DNA from: an uncultured virus (IMG/VR IMGVR_UViG_3300009593_000016)
Lineage: Duplodnaviria; Heunggongvirae; Uroviricota; Caudoviricetes
Virus record (IMG/VR): IMGVR_UViG_3300009593_000016
Location: 1 to 64,000 of that record
DNA length: 64,000 nucleotides
Strand: one strand, 5' to 3'
The translations under genes and the position numbers were made by a program. The first letter of the stretch is position 1. Each line of letters starts with the position of its first letter. Below, piece after piece: positions 51,201 through 56,408 of the stretch. The notes under the pieces were generated by a model that was not told where the DNA came from, made no database searches, and was given only the letters and a program-made list of their open reading frames with translations.

Positions 51201-53883
51201 CTCGATCAACATAACAGAAAATATCTGAGTAAATCGTCGTACCACTATCCCAATCCTCAACAATACCGTTCTTAGAACGTGTACACTCAATAAACTGGTT
51301 TAATGATTTCTCTTTGTACTGTACATACTCACTATCACCCATTATGATAAGACCATTTCTCTCTGGCCAACCAATAGTAGAGTCAACAGTAATGATTGAA
51401 TCTATTGTATCAATTGGTTCTACAAGAGTAGTTTTGTAGGGTATGGTGAATTTACCAAGTAAAGTTTCTTCAGATATGGATAATTCGTATATTGTACCTA
51501 CACCAGTATTGATTGCAATTACGTTTTCAACCAAACAACTAGCATCTTTTACGCTAGTGTCTACAGCATCAGCAAATTGGAATAACTGAGAATCCTGGAT
51601 ATTTCTTGAATCACCACTAATAAGTTCAACACGAATAATTGTGTCTACACTCCAAGTAGCAGCAGATGGAGTAATTAACTCATTTTTAGGATAAGATACA
51701 TCAACTGTCTCAGAAAATAGTATTTTAAAGAGATACTCTGTAGCAGTTTTGGTACCTTTTGAGATATAAAAGTCCTTGATCGTTTTAATGATCTGAGGAG
51801 CATTTACCTTAGTATAATCAATTGGAGCATTAGGTAAAAACTGATTTACAAAACGCTGATACAATTCCTTAGAGAATAAAGAATCTAAGTTAGTAATTGC
51901 AGTATCTTTAGTATGAGAAGACTGAGTACTATCAACTTCTTTAGTGAATATTTGATTTCCTCTCTGATCAAACTCAGTTACACCAGAAACCCCTCTCTTA
52001 CAGTCTCTAAACTGAGATGGTTGGTATTCTTCACCTGGGTTATGAATAGTAAATCCTGTTACTTCACCAAATCCAACATCACAAGATGCTGCAGCAGATT
52101 TTGGTTCAGCAATAACAACTGTTGGAGGCTCAGTAGATGAATATCCACTTCCAAAACTGGTTATATTAATATCAGTAATCTCACCATTAAAGATGGTAGC
52201 AACAGCAGTTGCACCTATACCACCTACAGGATTTCCAGAAAGATCCTTTCTATTATCAACAATATAAACAGAAGGAGGATCAGTGTACCCTCTACCACCA
52301 AATAATAATTCGATATCAACTAATTTACCACCACTTACTGATACATCAAGAATTTGAGCACCAACAGGGTCGATTATACGGCATCTAGGAGGAGTTGTAT
52401 AACCTTTACCTGGAGCAACGATAGTTACACCATTTACCCTACCAACAGCGTCTAGAGTCGATATAGCAGATGCCTGGATAGAGTTAACAGCAGTAGGAGC
52501 TTCAATCCAAACTGTAGGAGCAGTCTTATAATTTAAACCACCTTCAGTTACAGTAATAGACCCAGGATTTACTGATCCTTCAGCATCAATAGTTGCATCA
52601 GATATCTTTGCACCTGATGGGTTTGTAAATGAGATAGATGGAATAGTATCATATCCAGAACCTGAAGAAGTTACATTTATTGTAGATACTTGTCCAGTTT
52701 CAGAATCAACAACTACAGTTGCTTTTGCTAAAACTCCTGAACTGTCTGCAGGAGGGTCAAATATTACTATAGGAGGGTTATCTGGTGTATAACCTTGTCC
52801 ACCATCAATTAAACTAATATCCTTAATACCATTAACAAGTGCTTCAGCAGTTCCTAAAGTACCTTTTGTACCAGCAGGAGATAGAATAGTCGTCTTTGGA
52901 GTGAAGTTTAACCTATATCCACTACCACCTTTCTTTACAATTATATCGTTTATCTTACCATCTTCAACTTTAGTGATTGCAGCAGCACCTTTACCGAATT
53001 CTGGAGCAATTAGTTCTACAGCACGTACTGCAATCTTATCATCTAGATCTAATCCTGTATTGAAGATTATTTGATCTTCATAAACAGTAAAATCAATAAA
53101 TGGATTTTTTGGAACTCCATTTATAGCAACTAAACAAGAAACAGTAGAAAGTGGAGTATATTTTGATGTATTCTCCTTTAAATGAAATATCTTCTGATAT
53201 GCTGTACCTACTGTAATGGTATCCAGTACTATTACAGGTACACTGGTATAACCAATCAAGTATTCTATAGTAGTTGGAGCACTAGACCCTTGAGGGATGC
53301 TTGGAGCGGTGTCTCCTATGAACCGTATAGTAGCACCTTCTACCACATACTGTGTGGTAGGCTCATACTGAATACCATTAATAATTACACGAAGATATTC
53401 AGGAGCAGATGGCGATATTGGAGTACCAAGAAGATTCAGATTGAATTGTGTCTTTACACCATCAACTTGAGTTGCAATACTCTCAAGTAATTGAATCTTT
53501 CTATTAAATTCTAAGTTATTAACACCAGGAGTGAAAACTACCTCTGGTGACTTTGTTGTGGTCTCATAATATATGATCTCATCGTCAATCTTTATAGTAC
53601 CATCTCTGTCTAAGAAATAGTCAACAGTTTCTACGGTTATATTGTTATCAGTCGGTGTTATATCCGATAATACTACCGATGATGAAGATATGAAATTAGG
53701 ATCATATTCATCGGAACTGATATCAGTATAACTGAGAATATTGTTCAGAACATCATAAGGTCTACCAGACTTTTCTTGCGATTTGTAGTATTGAACCATC
53801 AAATCGACAAAAGCCTGATCCTCCTCCTTTATAAATGCAGGAATCTGATCCTGGAGTCTTTGGGAAACCTTAACTGCCTTCAT
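27295..53883 (-). CDS. gp7: Giant baseplate wedge initiator, gp7-like (8862 aa), multidomain
   Basis: Uninterrupted 26.6 kb ORF between gp6 and gp8; QIPAFI-EE, IIKTIKDFY-SKGT---Y-LFKILF, IQDSYFYQNFSY-IKS, HPVGF--FG; contains YHYH-like, beta-propeller-like, LamG-like and Ig-like segments. Confidence 0.85.
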   Translation of the reverse strand: MKAVKVSQRLQDQIPAFIKEEDQAFVDLMVQYYKSQEKSGRPYDVLNNILSYTDISSDEYDPNFISSSSVVLSDITPTDNNITVETVDYFLDRDGTIKIDDEIIYYETTTKSPEVVFTPGVNNLEFNRKIQLLESIATQVDGVKTQFNLNLLGTPISPSAPEYLRVIINGIQYEPTTQYVVEGATIRFIGDTAPSIPQGSSAPTTIEYLIGYTSVPVIVLDTITVGTAYQKIFHLKENTSKYTPLSTVSCLVAINGVPKNPFIDFTVYEDQIIFNTGLDLDDKIAVRAVELIAPEFGKGAAAITKVEDGKINDIIVKKGGSGYRLNFTPKTTILSPAGTKGTLGTAEALVNGIKDISLIDGGQGYTPDNPPIVIFDPPADSSGVLAKATVVVDSETGQVSTINVTSSGSGYDTIPSISFTNPSGAKISDATIDAEGSVNPGSITVTEGGLNYKTAPTVWIEAPTAVNSIQASAISTLDAVGRVNGVTIVAPGKGYTTPPRCRIIDPVGAQILDVSVSGGKLVDIELLFGGRGYTDPPSVYIVDNRKDLSGNPVGGIGATAVATIFNGEITDINITSFGSGYSSTEPPTVVIAEPKSAAASCDVGFGEVTGFTIHNPGEEYQPSQFRDCKRGVSGVTEFDQRGNQIFTKEVDSTQSSHTKDTAITNLDSLFSKELYQRFVNQFLPNAPIDYTKVNAPQIIKTIKDFYISKGTKTATEYLFKILFSETVDVSYPKNELITPSAATWSVDTIIRVELISGDSRNIQDSQLFQFADAVDTSVKDASCLVENVIAINTGVGTIYELSISEETLLGKFTIPYKTTLVEPIDTIDSIITVDSTIGWPERNGLIIMGDSEYVQYKEKSLNQFIECTRSKNGIVEDWDSGTTIYSDIFCYVDRGLDTEVKLRILGIAEATGTVLSDTGSYYLAGDKLNVASLGSSTTDKKITSWLYNVKKLISVTNIEPGGLNNQTATVYSVNNHGLLVGDAVTIYGANPTIFNGTFEVTSRINATTFSYQIEAPSPNPPQGNILMSVDLNRGKSDVESISGTIKDFTTNIQNVFFNDNYSYVATTGIPNYKVGPFIGSALIPGNQRKLSRIPRIVETVSERPLTEFGPIGTWVNGVAAWSYKSESKIKYGGVTGIDITNVGKGYDAAATPAIEITGGGGAGAAASVVVNGSLYEIDVTSGGTGYTSSPLVSIVGGGGFGATATAVITNGVVTKILVGDPGQEYTSEPLVSISGGDGAGATASAAVRGPIKSIAVTNAGQSYTSSPTIKLNSGEGAVAQPIVINGRIVSIAVIASGDGYTSPPKVIINGEGYGAVGKATIGTSGEDKGKVLTVSVENRGVGYNTGTTTIRLEAVGELATFTANVFEWTKNLETEQYGNLDPARGYVFAGYNTQYGGEYAHVSDPKQLRFVLGDNVYRDPATGNLRELDAGLSHSPIIGWSFDGNPIYGPYGYIKADDQSSGIKRIVSSYRIKLALIYDEATNPTPIRADGPLLSEYAAGTFIEDYEYVFQNGDLDQYNGRYCKTPQYPEGVYAYFVSIDASEAGLPVFPYVCGPQLYSVPDKWNYSQDAIQTNIPSGVVRFRDPYEDVDIDIERQPNKATDTLVTEFGEEFVFELEDLNKDGILDAEEAVALTYISEEPVLQLFDYYPRVSTRSQVDIEVETTTKFEDAKVSGFVVENPGTSYKVTDKLYFDNTDTGGYGASAKVESVKGQDVLSYSSTLENDVSFGTITTTEEHDLRAGDEVIVESIPQIDSTNKTFKVKVVAGVERIDVLQQGLGYSEDIPPTYEIISGQGQDFKLNIVREESGAVNKVNIINSGSAYDKDSPPEIRVSHPQRYKKAAYALSFLKENTTVTKIKDVAIADDRTFYVVGEADDSTGDSAGMIAKFNSDGRLLWTRTMLPIQPAAGDKRCVFNSIHVANTNPHTIYVVGETIPHTANLAYNPDLVVAKFESGFDANNNPTAVIKWQRELAGISGSTRRDYISSVDLDSNGYLYIAGTTDTNSPNPSDMWIGLLNTDGALEEKRKIASAAGDEQLNDIKFIGNNKVLFVGIEDPTGSGNIIFGETYYDSATIEVNWTRKFSNTAYRYSNPKLTVDDYGTVYITATATTVATGKTAGVAYWKFLSSNLQTPAAQKLFAPNTAFEEIQSTGVKFDLFGNIDVGAYVRYAFNDNRIIAWKVSWNTDNVITAASVKETSGIGFHPIAITNDSSADTIVVGNKVEANEIAILNFDTDVSGDDTYNDISTIAWKGTGEALDNAKPKFGNSSVATTAAANALEIDWAADQGTDWTIEGYIAIGQSQYNAQSSKPTLFKITPNTGDATVLSVDGDSTSPNFGKLSIDVGSGTYFSTTTTNWTRFAAEAFVHVAYVKQNIGVGNYTYKVYINGNEEISHTSTTVNTAIKKAIVLGLETPATTTSVGGWLDNLSISTVTKYDANFTPAQAVGSTKITHAFTYKIDKDQTKLGTFTLNNVETGIQVTNAAAINDFTFNALATTSNDWVLGPAGIQILDYADVISNNVEGSYTFTSTDEPYATRTATIPTPNGKKLLMSTTVIPKFYLRDAKYTTIDAVKTITFNQNATFTKGDRLQQYSVIGGADVISAYGTIVEAGTNNCKIGNIVGTFDTTKLIKSTGNDINVIAYDFTVTTTIPQWTTNTVYAVSDEVYNAGKIYTASSAGTSGATAPVHNVGTVSDGTVNWVYTRVAGSFDVDLVNTSYSSGTLDQFARWKAFSGSDYIIKIEEIYEDSTYIKGDIIDADAVGLTFSVDATGNIATFGNLVGVKEFKLTANLDKDIIPTGALTYTDLVFANATTKNNFETNEIIFVEGFSTNEYNGSFFVEELFSSRQFTYRLRSTAIQDPVFSQGVIASVNIYAKHPKLLFVRGHQYVFDLDDTSNAGYFLSFSKDNQYKLEYPFTNIIREGTPGMTDESSPTPLVKFLVTDAVTNISYYFDPSRTSVNDNPVGIDSFIDVVQTPYKGIFTISSVPDDKEFKFPLLREPENTTAPLGNTEVGIPRSSYSTTSVKAVGPISSIKLVNPGGFYQKLPIVTDIASNREIEKIKITSGGTEYVNGTYFNVPIAGDGEGALCNITVADDGDLEGVITGVELISAGKGYTFASVDIDGIPGILGSLLQGSGGVLDVIIPAEGSGASVFLQGLSIGKIKKLKNNEFGFGYSHDYTLRPEITFPVNLQLFNTAILTEIKITDPGSGYTSVPRVVIEGGGGIGAEALAIVKNNRLSEIQVKEPGSGYSSEPIVTLKSEFNYVVNIDLGYLQFNFPHGITNGAAVNLRAEDLGSTVGILPKPASAGLISLSENTTYYAIAGEANSLEPDQLRIALTPVDAESGSFITFLTQGDGRQVLLTEVFGGKATAVVETSRFLQGEKVYQGSFIETASAVGYVSENQGWQIGPRILKLENYTGNWTIGERVTGEVSRASGLIDNLSIAKGTLNIDALTTTTGQFIDDVGKPSEIVQKIQDSYFYQNFSYVIKSQTPINSWRKSILETNHPVGFNMFGELALTGGKDISGRKVVSDLVKEVNIFSATNINKITSFANAQPIYTQFNNTEVLFRQKRLTNSEEILTSIVKKLDNISDDFDGIKTQFPLTVEGESITATDDQMMILINGIAQSPGVSFTTSGPSIVFDEPPKAPSRIKFREIGFSQINITRFTFSSTSGIFPPAGKIVRSLQNEGTAIVIDSLVDSIDVVDISGSFLTNDNVLSSATGFDGVLASVTPLTSNTIFEQGETITNLDTIPDFAVIEETNLIDGTVTTDLVVSRTSGTSEFETGEFDLKYNDIVYSARSKICARITTIAPYQDDNTQQIIDTVDLSPPSFFFGLVFQRVPSITFPNKILDNISETVVNPTELYSETANNQDFLDFEEVRNQEIRYKNLQGSQFVIGDSIRNKKLYFANSSMRTVHDNRSYDAAVLLRKNALFIAEEAVGIMKNYYPSFTVPGLNHDKDCHDDIVDICNVIAWQLEYDGNSEVWDTAYKYVQSGVIYHIDGEVPQVVYTMNAARDLMIKCIRNEVHTALYTGIQQYRDPTVTNEYDPVDNSHADARSLLLANKWYIAHESLYYAKQQNPGYNVTGGDVHCLSDVVDVIEALAYNTAHGGNNFIYEAGHRIVQYGTVTGDIDTMVHAYTKAKAMALDIMKNVAVAKADSSHGWVQVTDSGITVDTGSPVCNGVASTIGTLCDIIIAGLGTTASPGTVATFEAAYTNTVPSTAKTGYVNGCMNQSSAITSFINIITDTLQDPTFADPATYQWSIGNVSRVEPPYAFQEETIRCTKHAYKGKSSGGFFVFEDNVKGVTSGASFDVIGSNAGNKWIYSKDVTGVFQADEYITNSKITNSNVVADSLIFRTGTGSLAFSGTATNLLYPSSDKVAFGTGDYTIEGWFRPSTVAGTQTLIDLRGSTSDTKVQVLLSGTSIKLAIAGTDQISSAQIGAADAWYHFALSRSSSVTKLFVAGVQVGANYTDTNNYTDSTIRIGSSWNAGDTFAGNIDSIIIRKGIAQYSGTFNAPVVYPTNDNTISWALLGDAPMPLEVGAIYANWVATTISSADVDYVELFEQELQCEGVDLGRSEYRDCADIIYKNRDWIAEEAVGRLKVRYPDFIIPGDGGQSNYGTNVCLRDTREYIIPAIIQDLIDGGNYNTVVQARAYLTGSGALQHINGEVLQSIYTWGEVAKLCIDVITQDETTLTGTYSTRVRVPNYFATPASQPVQDFINNLISDLLDLLGPTGQRFRDGADLIYFNRKVIADEAVYHIENKYNITVGFSQDQKLQIPDRNKCVRDLRDHILPAISGDLLTGGNNQTNAQIDYYIDNQDNINHVEDELLPMLDAIEFAKMLAEKAISNLLIARNENPADVAADFSDYYQMQWSDEAVHRDDQIVKDPKAYTGTDKALDAADILVTNARAIAGEAVDLTTKLSAFQHYNFRVKGGKHNCEDDIVDLLESIAHDLRFGGNSSMWDASALYLNTTAGLKHVTDQSAETLYAFKVARDMSQLAVKNKFGFLPYEDEGQTGQGQQTFRPDYYDNASGNKFYDAGNEILNNLRFIATTAVGRGVSQYPSLAFAGYGYQSCVDDVVDMLEAMAFNLKHGGNNKTLYATELYVTDANAVQHVSGQSAEVKYIFEQARDIAIEVVRQLLITKNGYTEGDADYDQTITIDQQTASVQYTPSGATYDPATGDLIINVPQHNLSTNDTIRIATNSLIFTCSQDQHQTTHAYPRASDPASTAILPVTQVIDANNFKVNVGPTETVPFSVSNSTYDPATGLLTLDVGSHKLKAGTTLNISDHSLLYRCSQDNYRTIHSYPRATDPASQQALDIVSIGATSHTATHADYNPVNGRLTVTVPDHGFANGDKVRLIDNSLVFSCGMDSNYTLHSYPRSTDDASGTWLTATGVTHNSFTIDVGSTPISNYAVSNASYNPTTGTMILTIGSHSLNSGAKIRLLPNAVTFTCEEDDNQTNHSYPRTTTTQHTATGGDYDAATGLMTVWVPGHTFVKGDHVKFADNSMTFSCAMDGHATDHAYPRSSDPASGAWLPITWVGTDQFKVNVGTSPIVPFTPTDAAYEPTTGELKLTIGPHHLTEGDNVKIEEGGLTFTCNQDSHQTLHPYPRNQINTHDIQTASYTATTGVLSVTTTAAHSLLAGDYVKFADGAITMTCTMDGGTANKTYPRSTDPVSGKYLEISNVGSTTFDVNVGTSPIVNYQPTGINYNPTTGIMEMTIGAHNHIIGDSIKFAANGLTFTCAEDDHQTNHTYPRATDPFYDTACPITAVTATTISVQVLNSIPSTNTTAHTFVSATANAVQTGGDYTHAFVSAVAGSLSSKQDRSFDQSVDVVYEGTPLTAVSGTTYDPNTGIMSITTSGYHGMVDGDYVKFRTDSVTFTCTQGGGNHSYPRLSDPINGEWVQVSNVTNTTFQVQVLDNIPSTNVTAHTFVSGTANGIIRKDNTITLNVGIASNITPHIFVSATSGAIKAGGNYDHTYVSSSTNGITWKKDIAYDYPLEIIGTTLSTISIKVLAEGRIPSTNETQHTFVSATPGAVITGGNYDHIFVSAVDHGVELQNGSVTVNVGTTPENHYNVQNSTYDAATGDLTLTVGTHHLKEGTTLKIANDSLIYTCDMDDHNSEHTYPRATDPSAGEALVIKDVSESQHSITDATYNPSNGHLVCTLNGHDFKTKSHMTPEGARFTTTSGVMEIFIKNHGLQNGQSIKIQDAGITFRCSQDQYSTDHQYPRASDPASGNWLVVTNASQDKFEVNVGTSSNTTSHRFYGATTNGITVAGDYVRFEDNAITFRCAKDSYGSDHTYPRPTDPASGEWLEVAAADTNTFTVDVGISSYTGTHTYQAFAANGLKRQTGTVTVNVGSTPTVNYTPSTGVFTPLTGVMQLTLGNHWLNEGDNIRVAPDSLVFRCGMDNYQTDHAYPRAALLTHTPTGASYDGETGILSLNITNHGMGTGDWVKLNQECITFTCDMDGHATNHPYPRADDPIADRWIQIQNVSTNGFDIFVGKTPTRIFDPSAATFNPSNGYLEMTIGAHDWEVGDSVWIGDHSLAFTCSMDDHYSVHSYPRPTDPVHNTRVPIIAKTDSTITVNVGSTPTVSHDVTNAAYDPTTGDMTLTLGGVHGLVGGTRITASSGTTYDPTTGVMKIQTAVTHGLVAGDRIKMDDYAVTFTCAKDSHQTNHAYPRPTDRVHGEWMQVHNVLSNSFEVQVLPAIPSTNTTAHTFVSGLTNGIMKEVDSIKLLPNALTFRCDEDGQSSDHAYPRNLEDTHTAIVGTSFTPTDGSYDATTGNLVLDLGSNSLAIGDRIRINEEAIKFTCEMDGNSTIKSYPRSTDPTYGHEYEIIAKAGNTVTVFVGTSPIVSYNVSNAVYDPQGGNLVLTIGAHTLTANRDSIRLADDSLTFTCDYQLNNYQTQKTYPRASGAATGDGEDYAYRTALPIIAATDTTITINVNGGQGPITDLTTHNFISATAGAVITGGNYTHTWSSADAGAVITGGTYHNPQTGVLQIKTSAAHAMGNGDWVKFDNNALTFTCAQDNHQTNHTYPRPSDPFAGKWIQVFDVTSDTFKVVVNKIVPQSNTTPHIFISGATNAIKQKRDSMYDTSIPIVDVPTNNQIVINVLKEAPSSNITTHVFQSALSGAVVAGGAGYTHTFQPGYEKMSPTNAVYNPTTGFMTLTVGNHWVKNGDHIRIDNDALTFTCAQDGHQTDHTYPRAHDPVSGNWIKVQNVTSSGFDINVLDVIPSTNQTVHTFKSGVAHSISRGAIKGGGIYNHTYVGAATNCVKQKRDPSFEKGQRITNVGTSSHTLTNAIYRPETGVMTLTIPSHGFSATTTKTATTGTSYNPTTGILTIKTTNNHGFVNGDKIKIADNGLTFTCTQAGGNHSYPRTTDPASNKWLTVMNQNGTDEFDVNVGYFFGQGPISNTTTHTFVSATTDGIEKANDKIKMADGSITFRCGKDDYATDHAYPRATDPSHNEWLPLSNVSTHQFDVFVGRANLDKTPHTFVSATSGGITRPDGTIQINVGTSSNVSPHTWQSATANAIIAGGSYTHKFIRAEKFPVRSGGAYSHEFEANVTKTPRDAAYNPTTGVMTLTINGHGMVAGDYIKIADNSLVFSCGFGGGGQVNKSYPRSTDPASNSFMPITVVDQDNISVQVLASAPSTNTDAHTFISAEAHCVTKASVITGGNYSHTFISSNNNSITTYANAGGTRCSNEASGITTLMGIPINLFGSGASNPNSYMAGITKTIPGEWPTTGDRAVRRDISITYDGTSFCQTEQSAVNTLWDIVINTVDQAAQGNSSHLSTVTRTAPTTTNTNYIGGTCYNVTSASHTLFNIILDTLGGGTEMGKQAARLLMYNNVYIRDESMSETLGTYPGYAGVNTFSDDILKAFIYDFITAGNAKTLGLVSSWFDSEGTFIAFPELFRTRVIFHFEAVKRYMINVLEQDAIDPGAFENTPAYTDKELRVSKTAVDKLNSLCHLIDVALNRSTYPTTYVSHTFDPGNSVSNGGIDIVGHRFEAYDQVKYIALGAMIAELDRENYYVHPHTTADRVFLCEYIDGEAVYINPGQTGETHSLALTRVDGIDRIPTTYGSRDVPTPINGGINLADVCYGTTTGATGEIVRIADNHADIYYVVTYIECNTFSASPKLVNGEAVVVQGATGNTASVLATDNATYIKVVNPVGSFNAADVLEGVTSGGTATVVSTHSRILVNFRQGEFFANDKIYSADSGSKANALIVRNNNGALLDNQRGRVTFDIDTITGEFAPNDVIYGSVTDQIIEIEAFASLPNFGEYVHARDITRLTYSAFITDTGVTDSIEVGDVCQVFSGGAVLSPNWTVTITEKNEDNNYLFVCNSTNAPEGVTVSDIASNSQYTLGKLPEGSNFPSVWTLIAAAQVTSTTAYGRIEKITQLGTKATLHLGDSEGSFQKNAQIIGDNGFQGACSAARTLRGRVRRYFRGFDGTQMNFKLTENNGTPYFPDPAGHMMIFVNGILQPPGADYSFTAFSDNVQFTEAPAAGSSFHGVYVGKLRQLDDIGFDFDSLRNSFNLKLGGVFYSLTLTEGVQSNTIRPENNIICQLNGVIQEPGIGFEIVGSRIIFSEVPRAGSTFVAFSYIGSDVDVIAATVVPPIEAGDDLIIEGEEENRTVALIESSNSLITFEYSGAVKGRNADALATIEKGRVTKAVLTGSGDGYSTRPNVDVISSSGFGAKIKALVGLARIDVKNAGQGYVQPIVQVETTVEDSFLGPTGAALNGGIDIYDPGWQDPEGGSTPDEQFITISTPPVSVTVNQGQSAAFVIIATSSNGSTLSYQWQKKEYGTDSWLNVDGATTDSISITSTQQGDGGDEYRVGITSPGAVPVLSTAAVLTVNVGASTVDNFTPDQIFDDN
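30847..38409 (-). repeat. 24 nested copies of an approximately 105-aa beta domain (Y-x-P-x-TG...H...GD...F-x-C..D...YPR..DP...VNVG...HTF)
   Basis: 24 YPR motifs counted in the translation; copies are interleaved rather than tandem. Confidence 0.9.
38435..42170 (-). repeat. Six helical repeats DA--L---N---IA-EAV...P...C-x-x-D...I--DL--GGN (a seventh degenerate copy at about 30040-30415)
   Basis: Read from the translation; interrupted by a LamG-like domain at about 40350-40850. Confidence 0.85.
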
Positions 53884-53897
53884 TTGTTGTTATCGTC

Positions 53898-55991
53898 TTA
53901 GAAGCAGGTATCGAAGTCTGGATATTCGAATACCGTGGTTGGATAATCAATGATATTTATCGAGGTTCCATCGAAGTTAATTGCGGTAAAGTCGAATGGA
54001 TCGAATGTTGGAATATTACTTCCATCAATTGTGTAATCAATAGTAATTACTTGTGGGTTAAAGATAGTAGGATCGACACCTGTACCGATGTTGACATTAC
54101 CAGCAGAAAGAATTACTGTAATGGGAATACGATCTGTACCATCTGGAGTTTGCTGTACACTTATAGGACCCAAACAAACTTGTCCAGTCTTATAGTTAAC
54201 TGTTCCAACCCCTTGCTTCAAAACAACTTCTGCCTCATCCAGTTTAGTAACCATAATCAAAGAACCTTTACCGTCATCGCGAACGTTGACAGGTAAAAGT
54301 GCTGAAGTATCATTCTCAATGAATGTACTTGTACTTAAAACAGAATTGGTAGTAAGTTGTTGACTCTGTACGGCAAGATTAAGTAAATTCTCCGTATATC
54401 CTGTAGAATAGAAAATACCTGATTTAACAGCCGAGAATTTGGGTTCACAGGTAGATCCTGTACCACCTGCACCAGTAGTACCACCTGAAACATCACTAGG
54501 ATTCAAAATTTCATTACCAAAGTCAACGCACTGAGTAAATGTTGACCCAAATGGGAACCCAGTAACGTTCATACCCAATGTCATCGTAGTAGTATTACCA
54601 CTGATAGCATTATCAGAAGAATCAACCATAGTCTGAAATGCAGAACCATCGATTCTTCCATTAAATCTATTCGCTGACCCTTGAGAATTGTATTGATCTA
54701 TAGCACCCAGTACCTTCGTAGCAACTTCGTTATTGGATTGTGCTGTCTTAGTTCCGTCAAAGAAGACATAAGACTTAGGACGAATGTACAATGTTGTAGG
54801 ATCAATGATGACTGGCTCAATAGCAGCCATTGAATACTTCAAAAGATCTGTTTTTATGCGCTTCTTGGTAGTTTCGTTTAAATTTGCACCGCTCTTAGTT
54901 CTTATGGCAATGTAAACCTTCCCATATACGGGTGGATATACACGCTCACCACCATATGCCGTTACAGACTTTGCTGATGGATAAACGTTTTTAGTGATAT
55001 ATTCGTAGTCAGACTCTGTGACTGCCCTATTCTGGGATGAATATGCCCTTGGAGCGTTATACTTGATGCTTATAATATCTTCTCCTTCTTCACCAGACTG
55101 TGACGCATCTACAGTTGCCAATGATATGTTACCAGCTGGTACTAAGCGTCCTGTATTGTCAACTACGCGCCCAATAAAGTTAAATTTCTTACATCCGTTT
55201 GCTGCTGAACCATCTGTGCGTACATAGCGCATCTTAATAACTTCACCTGCAATCAGTTCGCGGCAAATAATACCATCTCCGAAAATAACCTGATATCTAA
55301 GGTCATCAGTTTCCTCAAGGAAGTAACCACGAGTAGTTCCATCGACATTAACAATGTTGGTAACACGATTATAAGTGTCGATCTCCTCTGACTGTGCGTT
55401 AGGTGAGATAGAAACATACAGTAACTCTGTATCAACATTATCAACAGGAATCTCATACTTACGTTGTTTTACATCAGTTACGGTATACTTGTATTCTAAT
55501 AGGTTACCTTGATATATTACTGTCTTCTTGAAATTAGCAATACCACTAGATTGATCTACAGCAGCACTAATATCATTAGGTACAGTAAAGATGTATGATT
55601 GACCATCTACCGCAGACATAAAGACATCTCCTTTAGGGAGTGTACACTGTGCGGGATATATGGCACTATCACCAACAAATGTTGTTTGTACAGAGAAATT
55701 GATACACGCTTTAGATGCTTTAATAGATCTTGGTGTGTAATTTAACTGCTTTGCTATCTTAACTACGTTATCACGAATAGTGGCAGACTCAAGGAATGCC
55801 TCGTTCATACTCATATTCGCGTTAAACGAAGAGTAGTATGTGTTATATGCTAAAACATCTAATAGGTATGAAGCGGCTGAACCATCAAAGTCGTAATCGG
55901 TAAACTCTGTTCTAGTTCGAAGGTACGACCTAATAGACTCTTTAATTTCACTAAAGTCTAGGGATGTTAAATTGGATGGTATCGCAGCCAT
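53898..55991 (-). CDS. gp6: Baseplate wedge subunit gp6
   Basis: LDF-EIK-S---YL, FTDYDFDGS, LLDVLAYNTYY, NEAFLESAT-RDNVV, QNRAVT--DY, YGKVYIAI. Confidence 0.94.
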   Translation of the reverse strand: MAAIPSNLTSLDFSEIKESIRSYLRTRTEFTDYDFDGSAASYLLDVLAYNTYYSSFNANMSMNEAFLESATIRDNVVKIAKQLNYTPRSIKASKACINFSVQTTFVGDSAIYPAQCTLPKGDVFMSAVDGQSYIFTVPNDISAAVDQSSGIANFKKTVIYQGNLLEYKYTVTDVKQRKYEIPVDNVDTELLYVSISPNAQSEEIDTYNRVTNIVNVDGTTRGYFLEETDDLRYQVIFGDGIICRELIAGEVIKMRYVRTDGSAANGCKKFNFIGRVVDNTGRLVPAGNISLATVDASQSGEEGEDIISIKYNAPRAYSSQNRAVTESDYEYITKNVYPSAKSVTAYGGERVYPPVYGKVYIAIRTKSGANLNETTKKRIKTDLLKYSMAAIEPVIIDPTTLYIRPKSYVFFDGTKTAQSNNEVATKVLGAIDQYNSQGSANRFNGRIDGSAFQTMVDSSDNAISGNTTTMTLGMNVTGFPFGSTFTQCVDFGNEILNPSDVSGGTTGAGGTGSTCEPKFSAVKSGIFYSTGYTENLLNLAVQSQQLTTNSVLSTSTFIENDTSALLPVNVRDDGKGSLIMVTKLDEAEVVLKQGVGTVNYKTGQVCLGPISVQQTPDGTDRIPITVILSAGNVNIGTGVDPTIFNPQVITIDYTIDGSNIPTFDPFDFTAINFDGTSINIIDYPTTVFEYPDFDTCF

Positions 55992-55994
55992 TGA

Positions 55995-56408
55995 TTATGC
56001 ACGTTCTAGTAGGAATTCAACAGATTGTACGAGAGTTTCACCTATAATTGTATAATCAATCTCTATATGTAGTGTGTTTTCGTCTGACCTGTCTGGAAAT
56101 AGTCTGACCTGATTTAAACCTACTCTTGGTTCGAATCTAGTGACAACGTTCTTGATTTCCTCTTTAATTTCTTCAGCTACGAAGACATCAAAGGGTTCAA
56201 ACAACATTTCTCTTAGACGAGAACCTTTCTTAGGTTGAAAAGGTCTTTCTGTATATCCTGTACTGACAAGATTACGAATAGACTGTTTTATGGCATTCTC
56301 GTTTTTCACCATAGAGAAGTCTTCGGTATTAGGGTTTGGTTTGAAACCAATGCTAAAATCCCGAAATGCTCTGCTGAGAGATCTATCTGCCCTAAAGCGA
56401 TATGCCAT
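55995..56408 (-). CDS. gp25: Baseplate wedge subunit gp25
   Basis: NENAIKQSIRNLV-T---ERPFQP--GS----LFE, RFEPRV; promoter variant GATAAATA 56434-56441. Confidence 0.92.
   Translation of the reverse strand: MAYRFRADRSLSRAFRDFSIGFKPNPNTEDFSMVKNENAIKQSIRNLVSTGYTERPFQPKKGSRLREMLFEPFDVFVAEEIKEEIKNVVTRFEPRVGLNQVRLFPDRSDENTLHIEIDYTIIGETLVQSVEFLLERA

Noticed and set aside
27295..53883. Inteins or introns explaining the giant size
   Set aside because: No HINT or homing-endonuclease motifs recognised; the frame is continuous and the inserts are structural repeats
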